Position numbers and translations under genes: made by a program | Origin: Paraspadella gotoi | Taxonomy: Eukaryota > Animalia > Chaetognatha | Direction: 5' to 3' | Assembly: GCA_051294375.1 (NCBI GenBank) | Contig: CM119271.1 | Coordinates: 8,980,120-9,044,119, forward strand | Length of the DNA stretch: 64,000 nt | In this document: positions 1 through 26,023 of the stretch, one piece after another | Position numbering within the stretch: the first letter of the stretch is position 1 | How the letters are laid out: every line of letters begins with the position of its first letter | Notes under the pieces: model-generated | Told to the model about the DNA's origin: nothing | Database searches by the model: none | What the model saw: the letters and a program-made list of their open reading frames with translations, nothing else

Positions 1-3000
1 TTTTCTGCGTCCCCGGCCAGCACCACGCGAGCAAAGCCACGGGCGACCTCAGAGACGACATTCAGCTCCTCATACGCTTTTGGCACTGCATGCATTCCGA
101 GAAGAAATATTTGAAGAACGCGGGTGAGAGTCCCTGTGGAATGAGGGAAGGGGGGGGTATCACGATCCGAACTCTCACTACGGTTCCGGTTTCCCTCTTC
201 AGCCCAACGAGATTCTCCCGATTACACGGCCTACAGCTTGAATGTCCTCAAGTCTCCCTCCGAAACGGGCGGCAACGCCGGGGATTTGGAGACCAGGTCG
301 ATGGTAAGTCATTATTTGACTTTTTCGACGCGATCGAAATACCGCCAGGCACAGTCCGCACAGTCCGCACACTTCTCTCTCCTCTCTATCAGATGAGCGA
401 GAGTCATCCTCCTCCGTCCCAATCCCGCGCCTCCCACACTCAAGGCGCTTGGATCAACACCATCTCCCACGGAACCTCCATGTCCGGGATCAGCAAACGG
501 TCCGTCTCTTCGGCCCGCGGGAAAGGGGTCAGTATTTTTTTTTTTTAGCTTTTATTTCTTTTTCACTTTTTTTTTTATCAAGCAATTTCATATTCGTGCA
601 TCTATTCCTTCGCTGCTCAGGGCGGAAAGGCCGGCGACTTTTTCTACAAAGACTACGTGAAACGGCGCAACCTGATCCTGGCTTTGGTGTCCCACGAGGT
701 GGAACGCCTGATGGCGTGGCACGATCCACTCAACGCGCCCGACCAACGCATCATGGGCGAGGACATTCTGGCTAGGTTCGCGTCTAATCGCCTTCACCGT
801 TTTTCCCACATGTTCTTGAGTTTAATATAAATATTTTCCGACGATTTTCTATAGATGGCGCACCCAGGGTGACATCTCAGAACGCCTCTGGCGGGACTAC
901 GCGCGCTTAGCGTGGGATATTTCTCCGGCGCTGGCCGTGCATCTTCCTGCTCGGTTCTCCAGTTCGGCCGCGTTGCACAAAGAGGTCGGCTACTTTTGGT
1001 TAATCTCTGCCTGAATTACTTAATATCCACGGTCCTCTTTCCGACAGGTGACGCGTCTGGTTCGCGTTCACCCGGACGCCGTCTGTCACATTCCGCTCGC
1101 GCTCAAGTTCCTCGCGACGCCGTCGGTGGTGAAGGCGGACGCGCCGGAACTCGCTCACATGCTTACGTGGGCGCCGGTCTCGCCAGTTACCGCGCTCTCA
1201 TTCTTTTCGAGGTAGGGCAGGGTAGGGCTATTTGGTTTGGTGACGATTTAAAAAAAAAATCGTAGCAAATTCAGAAAGACAAACGAGAAATACAAGCAAT
1301 TTCATAGACAGTTTATTTTTTTGTTGTCTCAGACAATACCCGCCCCACCCGATCACGGGCCAATATGCCGTCCGCGTCCTTCGTCGCTATCCGCCCGATA
1401 TCTTGATCACTTACGTCCCTCAACTCGTCCAAGCCCTACGCTTCGACGACATGGGATACATGCAAGAGTTTCTCATGTGGACAGCGAAGAAGTCTTCGTT
1501 GATCGCGCATCAGGTTTTAGTTTAAAAAAAAAAAAGAAAACCATAATATTTTTATGGCATGTCAATATCATGTTTAACTATTTTTTAATATCGCAGTTAA
1601 TCTGGAACATGAAAACGAACATCTTCACGGACGAAGATGGAAAATGCGTGGATCCGGCGATCGGGGAACTCCTCGATCGCCTCGTCGACTCGATCGTCTC
1701 CTCCTTCACGCCCACTGCCAAGGTTCCCCCCCCCCGAACTTGTTAATTTGTAGAAATTGTTTTAATGTTCGTTTGTTTAGATTGTTTTATCGTTTTAGTA
1801 CCATAGTTCTAATTTACCATTTCTGTATTTTCGATTGACCCAGGAATTCTACACCCGCGAGTTCGAGTTTTTCGGCGAAGTGACGGGTATCTCTGGCAAG
1901 ATCAAACCATTTCCCAAAGGCCCTGAGCGCAAGGCCGCCTGTCTCGATTGCTTGCGCGGCATAGAGGTAAGGTCGCCCAAAAAAAAAAGGAGAGAGAAAC
2001 CAGATTCGACTCGAAGGACGATTATTTGACGACTTCGGCGCACGGTTTCGATCGGTTATGTCTGGTTTAAACCGGCCGGACTCAGAATAGATTCGTGACA
2101 CGGCGCCTCCTTTTAATGACATCGCGAGATCCTGTTTTTTCTTTGGGTTTTTTTTATTTTGGTCGCACCGAGGATCGAGGGAAGTTAATTGGCTTATACA
2201 TAGTCAATGAAGGGGAAAAAAAAACCTCTGTGACCTTTCGAATAATTTTGTTGACTCTCCCACTTTTTTTTCTATTTTTTTTTTCTTCCATTTCTTTTTA
2301 GTATAATAATTATATTTCTGTGAGTACAATCCCGTTTCCTCAAGGTACTTCCTGGCGTGTACCTCCCCTCCAACCCCGAGGCCATCGTGGTCAACATCGA
2401 CAAGAGCTCCGGCATCCCGTTGCAATCCGCCGCCAAGGCACCGTTTCTGGCAAAATTTAAAGTCAAAAAGTGCAGCGTGGACGAGTTGGAGGAGATCGGG
2501 TTAATCGGCCAGCCAATCGAGGTGGGGTGGGGGTTGGGGGCGTGGCCTAAAAAGACAAAAAACTTGTTTCTTATTTCTTTTTCGCTCTTATCAGACTTTT
2601 GTTAGTTTTTTATTTCGTCTTTATTCTTCGCATCGTCTTACCGATATTTCCCTTCCAGGAGACCGACGAAGATCCGTCCCAAGTCTGGCAAGCGGCCATC
2701 TTCAAGGTGGGGGACGACGTGCGGCAGGACATGTTGGCGCTCCAAGTCATCTCCCTTTGCCAGAACATATTTCAATCCGTCGGTCTCAACCTTTACCTCT
2801 TTCCCTACCGGGTGGTCGCCACGGCCCCGGGGTGAGTTGGAAGACTGAACCAGCATATAAATTTCAAATTTAAGACCGAACAGAGTTCGTTGGAAAACTC
2901 AACGAGCAAATTAAGGTGAAATTGAGGTTTTTTTTCTTTTTGAAAAGTCTCTGATCAAGTTAATTATCGAGCTTTGACTAGAATTAATTAACGACGTTCG

Positions 3001-3769
3001 TGAATATCGTCGTCCAGATGCGGTGTGATCGAATGCATCCCCAACTGCAAGTCGCGCGACCAGCTGGGTCGACAGACCGACGTCGGCCTCAAGACTTATT
3101 TCGAGAAACTCTTCGGCGACGAGACGAGTTTAAAGTTTCAAAACGCGAGGAAGAACTTTGTCATCTCCATGGCCGCCTATAGCGTTGTGAGGTAGACTTG
3201 AGAGAGTGCGTATGTGTGTTTATACTTGAAAATCGTTTTTCAAAATTGATAATCACTTATCAACTTATAGTTTTGACCGCCAATTATTATACTTTCCTTC
3301 CCGCAGCTATCTACTTCAAATAAAGGATCGCCACAACGGCAACATCATGATCAGCGACCAGGGCCACATCATCCACATCGACTTCGGCTTCATGTTCGAG
3401 TCGTCTCCCGGCGGCAACATCGGCTTCGAGCCTGACATCCGCCTCTCGCGCGAGATGGTCGACATCATGGGCGGCTCCGAGGAGGCCCCCTCCTACAAGT
3501 GGTTCCTCGAGCTCTGCATCCAGGGCTACTTGGCCTTGCGTCCTTATCACGACGCCATGGTCACCCTCGTCTCCCTCATGCTCGACACCAAACTGCCCTG
3601 TTTTCTCGGGCAGACGTTGAAGCTGTTGAAGGACCGGTTCAAGCCCGACCTCTCGGAACGGGCCGCCGCCGAGCACATGAAGACGATCGTCCGGGGATCC
3701 TATATTTCGTGGCGGACGAAGGCCTACGACCAAATACAGTTCATGCAGAACGAGATTCCGTATTTCTGA
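1..3769 (+). CDS. PI4KA: Phosphatidylinositol 4-kinase III alpha, 3' part (multi-exon; 5' end lies outside the window)
   Basis: Spliced ORF pieces give [90 protein letters not shown] and the C-terminus [17 protein letters not shown] introns. Stop at 3767-3769. Confidence 0.96.
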
Positions 3770-4047
3770 ACTCCGAGAGGAGATACTGTGCGAACTTTTT
3801 TCATATCTCGATTCGAGCGCGTGGACGTTTGTTTTCGTTAGTTATTATTATTCGCTTCTTTTTTTTTTTTAAACCTCACTACTGATACTCGACTTATTAA
3901 TTCCATTAAGTTTTACATCGAACGTAACGAATCACGTGTGCTATTTAATTGATACGAGAGGTCTTCCCCCCTTTCAGCTTAATAAATCGGGTGATGAGTC
4001 GTGCCGAATCTCTTAAACCTCTCGTCATCAATTAGGGGGAAACTTCA

Positions 4048-4051
<4 letters not shown>

Positions 4052-4111
<60 letters not shown>

Positions 4112-4162
4112 ACAAACAGGTTTTGGCGGCCTTCGACGAGGACGACCAATCTACCATCGAGA

Positions 4163-4240
<78 letters not shown>
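4052..4240. repeat. Two (CT)n microsatellites
   Basis: Perfect CT runs at about 4052-4107 and 4165-4240. Confidence 0.97.
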
Positions 4241-4243
<3 letters not shown>

Positions 4244-4628
4244 GCTTTCATGATCGATCTCTCTCTTGACTCGATCAGGCCGGTCGCTCTGACGCGCGAA
4301 AGGTAAATTTAGAAAGTCGAGCCTGCCTTCGTCTTCGCGAGAAAGAAGGGGGGGGGATGGTTGGAGTCGCGGGGGGGGGAACTCTCGTCGTCTTTTATTA
4401 TTCGTCTCTCGTTCCTGTTTTAGTGAACCGATAAAGTATTCTTACATTAAATATATTACATTATTAAAAAAGATATTATACTTACGATCATTCAACGGAG
4501 ACTGTAGTTTGAAATTGTGATCGTTGAGAGATTACTTAGACTGATAATTTTCTCCAGTTATGTCTAAAATGCTAGTCAATTTTTTTTTTTAAATCTCATC
4601 TACTAGAATTAAGGAAGCTTCCCCCAGC

Positions 4629-15911
<11,283 letters not shown>

Positions 15912-17422
15912 ATTCGGGCTCACAATTTTTTTCAATATACATGTATCTGCCTTAATCTTTTTGGTTACATAGAATTTGTTTGTTATCGAAGGTTGTGGAT
16001 TCAATTTTTGATTTATTAATGAATTGTTGTTTATTTTTATAAATTATATGATGCATTGAAGGAATTTTTACCGAAAACATCCTTTTATAGAAAGGTTTTT
16101 TTTTCGAATATTTTCTCTTGCCGATTTTCTAGGGCGTTGATCCTCTTTTTTTTTTTCGGGCAAAAGCGGAATGTAAAACCTTCTAAAAATCCCGGATACG
16201 AAAAAAAAGTGAAAAAGTTAAACATACTTCGATATTCGTGGTCGACAAAGTAAAAACGAACGCTTAACGCCAACCTGCCACCTGTCATGCATTCGTCATG
16301 GCGTCACCGAGAAACGACACCTGCTTTCAGCGACCTTAACCGCGGTTACCTCCCACCTGTCATTAATATTTCATACCAGCTCTCGAAATGTATACCAACT
16401 GAAAAAAAAAAAAACGGTTCCATTTTCGACTTCACGCTGATCGTCCAACCTTGGGATGTTTTTTTTTTTTTCATTCTCTTTCAGTATCACGAGACTTTTG
16501 GATGGAAAGATTCGAAGAAACCGGACCAATCTAATTCTGGGCACGACTTTTCTCTTTTTTCCAATGCCTTAATTTGTAATTAGCGATTATGCCCAGAAGA
16601 TATTCTCTCCCCGCCACGCGATTAACAAACGGGTTTTTCTCACTTCTTTTTTTTTATTTTCTTCTTTCTTTCTTTCTTTCTCTCGTTATATTATAACGAG
16701 TGCGTTCTCTACTCTTTTCGTCTTCTTCGTCGTCGTCGTTATTTTTGGGTAGGAACGAGTTTTCCTCGTCGAACGAAAGACGAGCTTTTTTTTTTAATTG
16801 TCCTGTTTATCTTCGGTGTTTATCTCGGGATCAGCGATGCGTGCTCTCTCTCCTTCTAGCCTGGAAGGATAAGAGAATAATTTGTATTTGCTCGAGTTAT
16901 TACATTGATGCCTGCGACGATCTCATCTTTAAATCGCTGTGAGTTAAAACTTAAATGTCGTCGTCGTTTTCGTTTGTCACACGGCAATCCGAGAATGAAG
17001 AGCCTTTGCCCTTCCCCCGCAGAATTGATCGTTGACAAATAAATTGACAACTCCGACTCATTTATAAATTTATAATCTGAATGTTTTTGAGCTCTTTCTT
17101 TATTCGATGCGGATTTGAGAGAGAGAGAGAGCGAGCGAGCGAGCGCCAATCCTTTTTTGTTGTTGGTTAGTCGAATCTCTCTCGTCACGCTTCGCTTTTG
17201 AAAATAGAGAGAATAAGGAGAAAAAAAGCAGTTTCGCTCCCGTAACTTTCTTTTCACGCGTGAAAGGTTTTTTTTTTCTTCTCATGATTATTAAGCGAAA
17301 CCGCTCGGGTCTTTCATAACCAGTTTTTTTTTTTTTTTTTTTTTTTTTCAAATTAAGAAAAAAATGACGGTAATTGAAATCCGCCTCGCGGATTTCGCCT
17401 TTCGATAACCGGTATATAAATA

Positions 17423-17613
17423 NNNNNNNNNNNNNNNNNNNNNNNNNNNNNNNNNNNNNNNNNNNNNNNNNNNNNNNNNNNNNNNNNNNNNNNNNNNNNN
17501 NNNNNNNNNNNNNNNNNNNNNNNNNNNNNNNNNNNNNNNNNNNNNNNNNNNNNNNNNNNNNNNNNNNNNNNNNNNNNNNNNNNNNNNNNNNNNNNNNNNN
17601 NNNNNNNNNNNNN
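17423..17613. other. Assembly gap
   Basis: Run of N next to a CT microsatellite. Confidence 0.99.
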
Positions 17614-18347
17614 TCTCTCTCTCTCTCTCTCTCTCTCTGCAAAGCCCCTCGTTTTACAGACTTTTTTTATTTTCCTCTGTTTCGACTCCCCGGCGGGGGG
17701 TGGGTGAGGAGTTTTCCGTACCAAGTGAGAGAAAAGGTGAGGCTTTTTTTTTTGTTCCTTGTTTCGATCGGTGACTTCGCTTCGCTTTTTGGAACCCGAA
17801 TGACTCACCCGATTCTATCGCACGATTTCTTTTTTTTTTTTTTTTTTTCGAATTTATTTAAAATCAAACATCACATTGAAACGCGCGAAGCGACGGAATC
17901 TTTCAGAATTAGAATTCCCGGTGAGTTATACGCGCCGACTCTTTTATTTCTTCGACGCTTCGTGTCCGTGACAACTATTATTTAAAAAAAAGCCTTATCT
18001 GATTTTGGGTGGTGGTAATTGAAGGGAGGTGCGGAGGTGGCGATTTCGCAGATCGATTCTTTTTTCTTTCTTTTTTTCTTTTCTTCTTTCTTCTCTCAAA
18101 TTCGCCCCCCTTTTTTTCGTTAATCTTCCTACGTACCCCGGAGGGGGGGGAAGAGTTTGGATCGGGGATGAATCTTGAATTGAATCGACTTTTTTGTTTC
18201 GTCAATACTCCTCGCCTCCACCACCTCTACCAACCTACCCACCCACTTCCACACTCGGCTCTGTCGCCGCCGCGGCCTCCACCGATATAAATCCTCTTCC
18301 TTCTCCGCCTACCCAGGCCTCTTTTAAATCTCTCTCTTTCCTCTCTC

Positions 18348-18425
<78 letters not shown>

Positions 18426-19073
18426 ATCCTCTTGAATCGCCATCTCTTTCGCCTCCTTGTCTCCTTAGCCCTTTTTTTCCTTTATCAGTTTTTTTTTTTC
18501 GTCTTTGGTTTTGTCCAAATTTTGTCTTGCCCACCTCCTCCCCCCCCTTTGAATTTTTTTGGTATGTTAACTGAGTCTGTGGTAGAGAAATTTCTGTGCA
18601 TTAAATTTTGACTCTCTCTCTCCCCGAAAAAAACATAACCTTCACGATCCGGGTTTTTTCAAGGCGCTCATTCTTCTGGGGATTTTTTTCCCCCTCGAAT
18701 GGTTGGCCGTTTCTTTTTACTCATTTTTTTTTCTCTCTCTCTACAGCACATTCTGTGTACATCTGCCGCTTTTTTTTATATTTCTGTTTTTCGGCCTTAA
18801 TCCACAAACGCCCACTACTCCAATTACCACCGAAACCTCCACCAAAACGTTTCTCCGCCGCGCTTAACCTTCTTTCTCTCCACCGCCACCGCCACTACCT
18901 TCACCCTCGCCGAAACCGACACCGCCTCCACCCTTTTCCTCGTCCTCTTCCTCATCTTCCTCCTCTTCCTCTTTCTCCTCCCTCACATCTATAACCTCAG
19001 TCGCGGGGAACAGGCTAGTCGTCTTTTGAGTCGAAATCTTCTCCAACGGGAAAATTCAGAGGTGTGGCTTCTT

Positions 19074-19120
<47 letters not shown>

Positions 19121-19836
19121 CCTGTGTTTTTTTCTTCACGTTCTCACTCGGTGTTTTTTCCTCAAAACTTTCTTCTAGAAATAAACAGATAAAATAGGAT
19201 TCACAGTTCTTTAGCTCTCGATCTCTTCATCGCCGAGTAAAAAAAGAAACATTCTCATTCTCAGGTGCGATTTTATGCCGCACCAATTTATTTTTTTTTA
19301 TTGATGTACGTATTTTAAATTTTGAAGCCGTGCGATACGTACAATTAGTTGAAATTCTCAATTTTTTTTCTCTTTGAGTCAACATTTGGCAGCCGTTCTG
19401 GTTCATCTTCGATTCACCAACTTTGTTGCTTCTCCAACCGTAAGCTGATGTGATACAACAAAGAGTGGCTTCTTCGTCTTCGTTCGTGTTAATACTTTTT
19501 GCTCTTTTTCCCCCCCCTTTTTAAAATTTGCATTGCTCCATTTATTTTTTGACTCAGATTTCATTTAAGGTCTTAATTTTTTTTCACAGATTCAAATATC
19601 TGCATTAATAAATGTGTTATCGCTTTTACGACATGAGAGAAAAAATGAAACTAACGAGTAGTTTTAATTTTTAAAAACAGTCAAACAATTTGTGAAACTA
19701 AATGCCAAGTAGAAAATTATTTCTATTTCGGACATGAACCCTGTACAACTGTCCGACTGACGATATTTTTCTTTGCTCAGAAGAAAATACAACCCGGAGA
19801 GAATCCTTAAAAAAAAAAGTGCGCCAGGTGCTCATA

Positions 19837-22800
19837 ATGCAGACTGCGATGTTTCTTACTATGGGACCTCATTTTCACGCCGGCAACCCGCAAAACTCCG
19901 CCTCCTCTTCTTCGAACGCCGTTCCCTCCGTCTCAGCTCCTCTCGTCTCCTCGCCGGGGTCGCGCCGCTTTTCGCCGCTCACGACCCGCGCGAAAAACGA
20001 TGAGCCGCCGCGACGGGCGTCGTCGCATCCGCTGGTCCACTCCCCGACGTCCCGCGCGCGCCTAGGCGTCATCGAACTCGCCGTCACCAATAACAACAAC
20101 AACGACCACAAGGTCGAAGACGCAAATTTCAACGCCTTCCCCCCTCAGGCCTCTCCCTACGTGCCCCGATCCGGCTCGGCTGGTCGCGAGCCGCAAACGC
20201 CAATGTCCGAGACGTCGCCCGACTCGCCCGCCTCTATCCCCATCCCAGACTCTGCCCAACCTTTCTTAGAGACGCTGCAGCAACTCAGCTCCTTTCGTAT
20301 TGCGCCCCCTCCACCCGCCCCTTCTTCCTTTTCCCCTCCTTACTCGGCCGAAAACTGCTTCGTGCAATGCTTGGAGAGGGACGGTAAGAACGTTCATTAT
20401 CTCCTCTCGCCGACTGTCTGCGACTTCTGGAGAGCGTTCCAGCGACACCAGGAGGGCGGTCGGCTGCCCGACGATCGAATCCGATCCGCCCTACTGGAAA
20501 TCGGAGTGTTCCCAGCCAAGGCGCAGATCCAAGAGATGCTGTACGTGGCGGGCAAGCGGTCGCAGCAGCACGAACGCTCTTATCTCACCTTCGGCGAGTT
20601 TTGCTTCTTCATGAACGACCTAAAAGAAAAGTACGAGCGACGCCCGCTGCCGCCGACTCTCTGCTCCAAGCAGCCAAAGGGCTTGGCCATCGTGCGCCAA
20701 TACCACAAGTTCTCCTCGCTCGTCTCCAACTTTCAAGTTTTCCTAGGTGGCGCCTGCAACCCGACGTCCTGGCGCAAGGACGTCGCCATCCCCATTCTCT
20801 CCTCCAATTCCATCTCCTTTTACAATCCGCAGAGGCCCGACTGGGACCCGCAAATGATAGAGATCGAGGACCAGGCCAAACAGGTGCGTGGAGGTGCAGG
20901 GGAAAAGTTGGGTTTGTATATTTTTGTTTTGAGGTATCTGGTGACAATTTGTAATAGTTAATTAATATCTCATATAAGTTTCACTTTGAAATTCTCATTT
21001 TGTTTTTTTGTAGAAAGTGATTGACCTCGTAAATACCGTTGTTATAGACTTAGAATCTGAGCCTTTTATTGTTATCGTTTATAGTTTGCGTGTTGTCGTT
21101 CGTTCACCCCGTTTTATTTTTTAAAGAGTGGTTGAATAAAACGAAAGTATAATCATGATTAAATGATCTAATTATAAAGAAAGAGAAAAGTAATTTTTCA
21201 ATAAATTTTTAAAAAGACGCTTTTCGTGGGGCGCAGGTGGCGGACGTTCTGTTTTTCGTGGTGGATAACAAAACCCGGTCGACCTCGTCGATGGTTGAGG
21301 CGGCCTATCTGACGGGATGTGACCGTTCCGTCTTTCTCGTCGTCAAGTCCTACGAGGGTCCTGGCGTTGAGTTGCAGGTACATCATTAAATGGTCTTTTC
21401 ACAAATCTAAACAAATGGACAAGATAATGCAGAAAAATTTTATCTTCAACTTTTAAAATCAAGGGTAAAGATATGTTTTGACACATGGGCTTGATAAATG
21501 CTCCTCAAAAAAAAGTAGGGTATACCTAAATTGTAGTTTTGTCATTAATCAAAACATTTCAAGTTTTCTTTGAGCAGGTGCCCAATAAAACTTGACCTTT
21601 TCAATTTATCTCGGCCTGCTTTTCTATAAAGAAGTGCAGTTTAGCCGTTTTTCTCAGATGTATTTTTGTCACAGCTGGAGCCCAGGCGCAGTGTGACACT
21701 TGCTCAATGCCCATCTGTCTTGTCAACCACTATTAAGCAAACTAAACATTTGCAAGTATTTAGTCGACTTGACAAGGGATTCTTAATCAAACTTTATCTT
21801 CAACGTCATCCAGGGCGAATTGATGAGCCAGTCCGAATACGAGGATCTGACCAAGGCCCAACTCTACTTGACCGACATCGTGGAGAGACACGGGCTGCCC
21901 GTTTTCGACGACATCGGCACGGCGGTCAATTGCGCCGTCAAGATGCTCCGAACCAAGGACATGCGAGTGCAGGACCTGACGAGGGACGACGGCGCCGAGC
22001 CCGTCAAATACGGCCACATCAAGCTCGGCGACCGGTTCTTCGGTGCCGGCCAAGTCTTCCAGTCCTACGACCCGCATCGCAGCGGCTCCATCGCCGCCAA
22101 AGACGTTTGCGTCGCCTTCAAATCGATCACCAAAGAGGAGCTCAACGACGCCGCGCTGGTCAAACTCAAACCGGCGCCGTCCAAACGGCGCCAGGGGCCA
22201 GTTTTCAACTTTGACGAGTTCTGCTGCGCGCTGATCAACTTCAAAAACCGGTCGCCGCCGCCGCCGGCCTCGTGGCACGTCCCACCGTCGACGGGCCCGG
22301 CGATATCGGCGTCGGCGCCGACCTCGCCGGCGGACAGAACGCTCGGGGAGCAAAAGGGTCGATGGTGGCGATTCCGGAGGTTCCTTCTCTGTAAGGTATC
22401 CTCTTGGTTCGTGGCCTCCTCGGCAACGGCGTCGGGCCCTTCACCCTCGTCCGCCCATCCCGCCTCCACTCCGTCCTCGTCAACGCCCTCTTCCCCCGCG
22501 GCACGCCCGTCCCGCCGAAGCGACCGCTCCTCCCCTTCCTCCCCTTCCTCAGTCTCCCTTCCCCCTCCGTCTCTCTCCCCGCCCTCGGCCCTCTCCATCC
22601 CGACGGCCCTGGACTCGGGACTCGTCCTTTCCCAACCTCAACAAACGATGACCCACTCCGTCACTTTGCCCGGCTCCTTCGCGTCCTCCACCTCGTCGGG
22701 CATTTCTTCCGGCCAGTCGCCCTCCTTCTCCTCTTCCCTCTCCTCCGCCCACCTGCCTCGCAGCGGGAGCAGCCTCTCCTCCGCCGCTTCGTCGCAGCCT

Positions 22801-23382
22801 CCGCCTCCGCACCAACGCTCGCAGCCGGCGTTGTCGTCGACACCACCGACGACGACGCCGCAGCCGCCGCCGCACCCTTACTCGTCGTCCTCGCGCAGGT
22901 ACGACGTGTTCCTCGGCGGCTCCATTCGCGACTCCAGCTGGCGCGAAAACATCGCCATTCCCGAGTTGAAGAAAAAGGGCATCTCATACTATCACCCGAA
23001 GAAGAGTTGGTGCGGCGAGGCCGAGGACGGTTGCGACGCCGTCATCAGCGGTCGCTATCTGCCGATGGAAGCCACCTACCGGGAAAACTGCGCCCTCCTG
23101 CTCTACGTGATCGACTCGACCTCCCGCGGGTTGGCCTCCATGCTCGAGGCGGCCTTCTACATCGGACAGGGCTGCCGAATGGTGCTCTGCATCCGCGAGA
23201 TTCCGCAGGGCGCCGTCATTCTGCAAGACAAACTCAGCGCCAACGCCATCCGCGACTACAACCGGAGCCGCAAGTACCTCTCGGACATCGCCACCCGGGA
23301 GGCGGTGCCCGTGTTCGACGACATCAGCGAGGCAGTCGTCGCCGCCATCGAGATTCTGGAAAAGCACAAGGCGTCCGCGTAG
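19837..23382 (+). CDS. raw: Raw/OLRN-1-like protein: two nucleoside-2-deoxyribosyltransferase-like (Raw) repeats with EF-hand-like segments and a Ser/Pro-rich linker
   Basis: VFLGGACNPTSWRKDVAIPIL..ISFYNPQ..W and a second repeat DVFLGGS..SWRENIAIPELKKKGISYYHP, then RGLASMLEAAFYIG and DYNRSRKYLSDIA resemble recalled Drosophila Raw motifs. Exons at about 19837-20883, 21237-21377 and 21814-23382. Further upstream exons are possible. Confidence 0.8.
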
Positions 23383-26023
23383 GAGGAGGAAAAAAAAAGG
23401 GGGGGGGATGAACGTCGGTGTCGTTCAACGCCTTTTTCTCTTAATCTTGCTTCTATCCATTCTTTCTCTCTCTTTCTCTCCTTTCTATCCTTTCCCTCCC
23501 CCCCACGCTCTCTCTTTTCTCCTCCTTATCGACGCCTTTTTCGCCTTACCAGCCACACTTACCGTTTGGATGATTACAAACTAAGAAAAGAGAGATTTTT
23601 TTTTTCTTCATTTGAGAATCAATGTACATATACATAGAAATGCCGCGATATTTTTTTCCGCTTTTAACGTGAGCCTAGATTATGCTCCCTTTCTTCGACC
23701 CATTCTTCCTTACCCTCCTTACCCTGTTCGAGATATCTTTAGTCTCTGAGTCTTTCACCTTCTTTTCCGCCCCCCCCCTGCCCCCGCACACCGCCTACAA
23801 AAATCTCTTTATATCCCTGTTTAATAAGTTTAAATTCTCTTTTATGTTTTTCTTCCCGCGACGATGGCATTCACACGGTCAGAACAAAATTCGGTGATAT
23901 TATTATTAGTAATTAAAAACATTAAGAAACGCTAAATATCGCGCATTTTTTACAACTCGGTAATATATAAAATTCTGAGGAATTTTAATCTTTAATAAAA
24001 CGATCGCGACTTCTCCCTTGCTTGAAACGCGAGAAAAGAAACTTTTTTTCTTAATTTTGGATTGTTTTGTAAAAAAAAAAATATTAAATTTACGTTTAAA
24101 ATTTAACTATCAACGATGTACTGTGTACTTTAGATATCACGTAGGAGAGAGACGAATTCCTTTTTTAACAAGTGCCACCTGTTGTTGCCTTAATCCTCTC
24201 CGCTCCCCCTTTTTTTTCCGATAAGCAAAACTAACTCGCGTGACTCAAGGTTCGATCTGAATCTCAGATTTTCTTTTATATTCTCTCTTTTCTTTCTTTT
24301 CTCACAAAAAAAACACATGAAGAAAAAATATTCGTATGTCAACGTTGCGCGGATCTTTGCGTTAAAAAAAGGATTGGAAAGTATTCGAAATGACGAGTAC
24401 GAATGGTTTTTCTTGTAACCAGACCGCGTAGCCCAACGACGCTACGACTGCTTAGTTTTTAGGACCAAAGAAATCATTATTTTTTTGATTTTTTTTTTAG
24501 CGACGGATTATTAGAAATTATAGTAAAATTCGTATTAAGACAATTACTGTAGATCGATTTGATAGATTGTGTACCGTTTTTTAAAAAAGGCCAGTAAAAT
24601 TGTTTCAAAATTCGCAAGGGTTGTGTCATCTATGTCAAAATGATTTTGGTTCGTGTTGCTGTCGTTTTACCTTTTCCGAGTAAAGGAGATAAGCGTTAAG
24701 TTCCAGTTATCCAACTATTTCTAAAAGCAATGAAGCCAACTAGTCAGAAATCATGTATGCAACGACAATATTGTTATGCCTCGCTACTGATTATGTCTTT
24801 GTCGACGTAAACGTAAAATATACTTGGTCTTTTATAATTATTTTGCTTTCGTATTTCTTGGAAACAACAGTTTGTTTCCCTGAGAAATTTTTGCCGAGAT
24901 TAGCATTGCCATTGGTACATGTTAAAACTTCGAAATTAATTGAGATAATTTGTTAGTCTGAAAGTGCTTATTAAAATTGGACAATTTAATTGACGGTTCA
25001 TTTACGTTGAGATTATATTATTTACTAGGCTCTCATTTCTGGATCGCTCTTACATTAATTTGAAATAAACACTCCATTGACTGGAAAATGTAATCAAGCA
25101 TGGCTGCCATCGTTCATTGCGCCACTGGTGTTGGACAAAATTCACCAAGAAGAAACAAGACTTTCGCCCATATACTGGAAATTTTGGGAAAAGTTTGATC
25201 GAATTTAGTTAGTTTCGAAATATTTGATAGGTCAGTCAACAATTCAAAGCCTCTTGAATTGAGTTCGCCTTGGTTCCATATTAATTAGTCGATGCAATAT
25301 GCTATAAAAACAGTGATTTGATAAAAACCTTTGATTTGTTCAAAAGTGCATATCGAGCAAGAAGAGATTCATGATAATTTTTCTCCACCCTTAATTCAAC
25401 TTTTATGACGGAGATGTGAGTTAATGTCAACTGAACTTTAAAATGTGAATAAGATCAAGTAGACTCGTCAAATATTTATTATTTATTTAAACAACCAATA
25501 TTAATCAAAAATTGTAAAAAGAACGAATATTAGGAATCTGTCATTAGTCACTCTTATTATATCATTTGGTGATGGATATGCGAAACTTTCGTTTTCGGTT
25601 TGAAAACATTCGAAGCCAAGAACGAATTTTGCAGGTCATCATTTATCAAGTCGTTCATCGAATCTCTTTTAGCTCGGTTTATTCTAATTTTTTTCTTTCA
25701 ACCTTTGCCCTTTTTTAGAGGCTGTGGAAGCCAAAGTTGATCATTCTCTCTCATTTCTCCAGCTTTTTCGATAATCCGCTTTGTCTACGACGAAATTGCA
25801 TAATTTTGTTTTTCCCGCTCAACTCGTTTTGACTTCCAAGGTTCCTTAGTCTCCGCAACCGCATCCGGATACGATTGCGCCGATTGCATCGATCCCCGAC
25901 GTCCTCGAAATTAGTAAAATGAATCGGAACTCACATTTCAAACCCGCCCCAGGAGGGAGACAACATTGAAAAAAAAATTCTTTTTACCCAAAAAAAAAGA
26001 ATAACCGCAATTTTTCGGTAGAA

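Noticed and set aside
4001-4306. LSLSLS/ERERER ORFs (also around 10312-10852 and 18194-18574)
   Set aside because: Translations of (CT)n microsatellites.
21787-23411. Long antisense or alternative-frame ORFs over GC-rich exons (also 57622-58194 and 62371-63108)
   Set aside because: Shadow ORFs caused by GC-rich codon usage of the + strand genes, with no recognisable domains.
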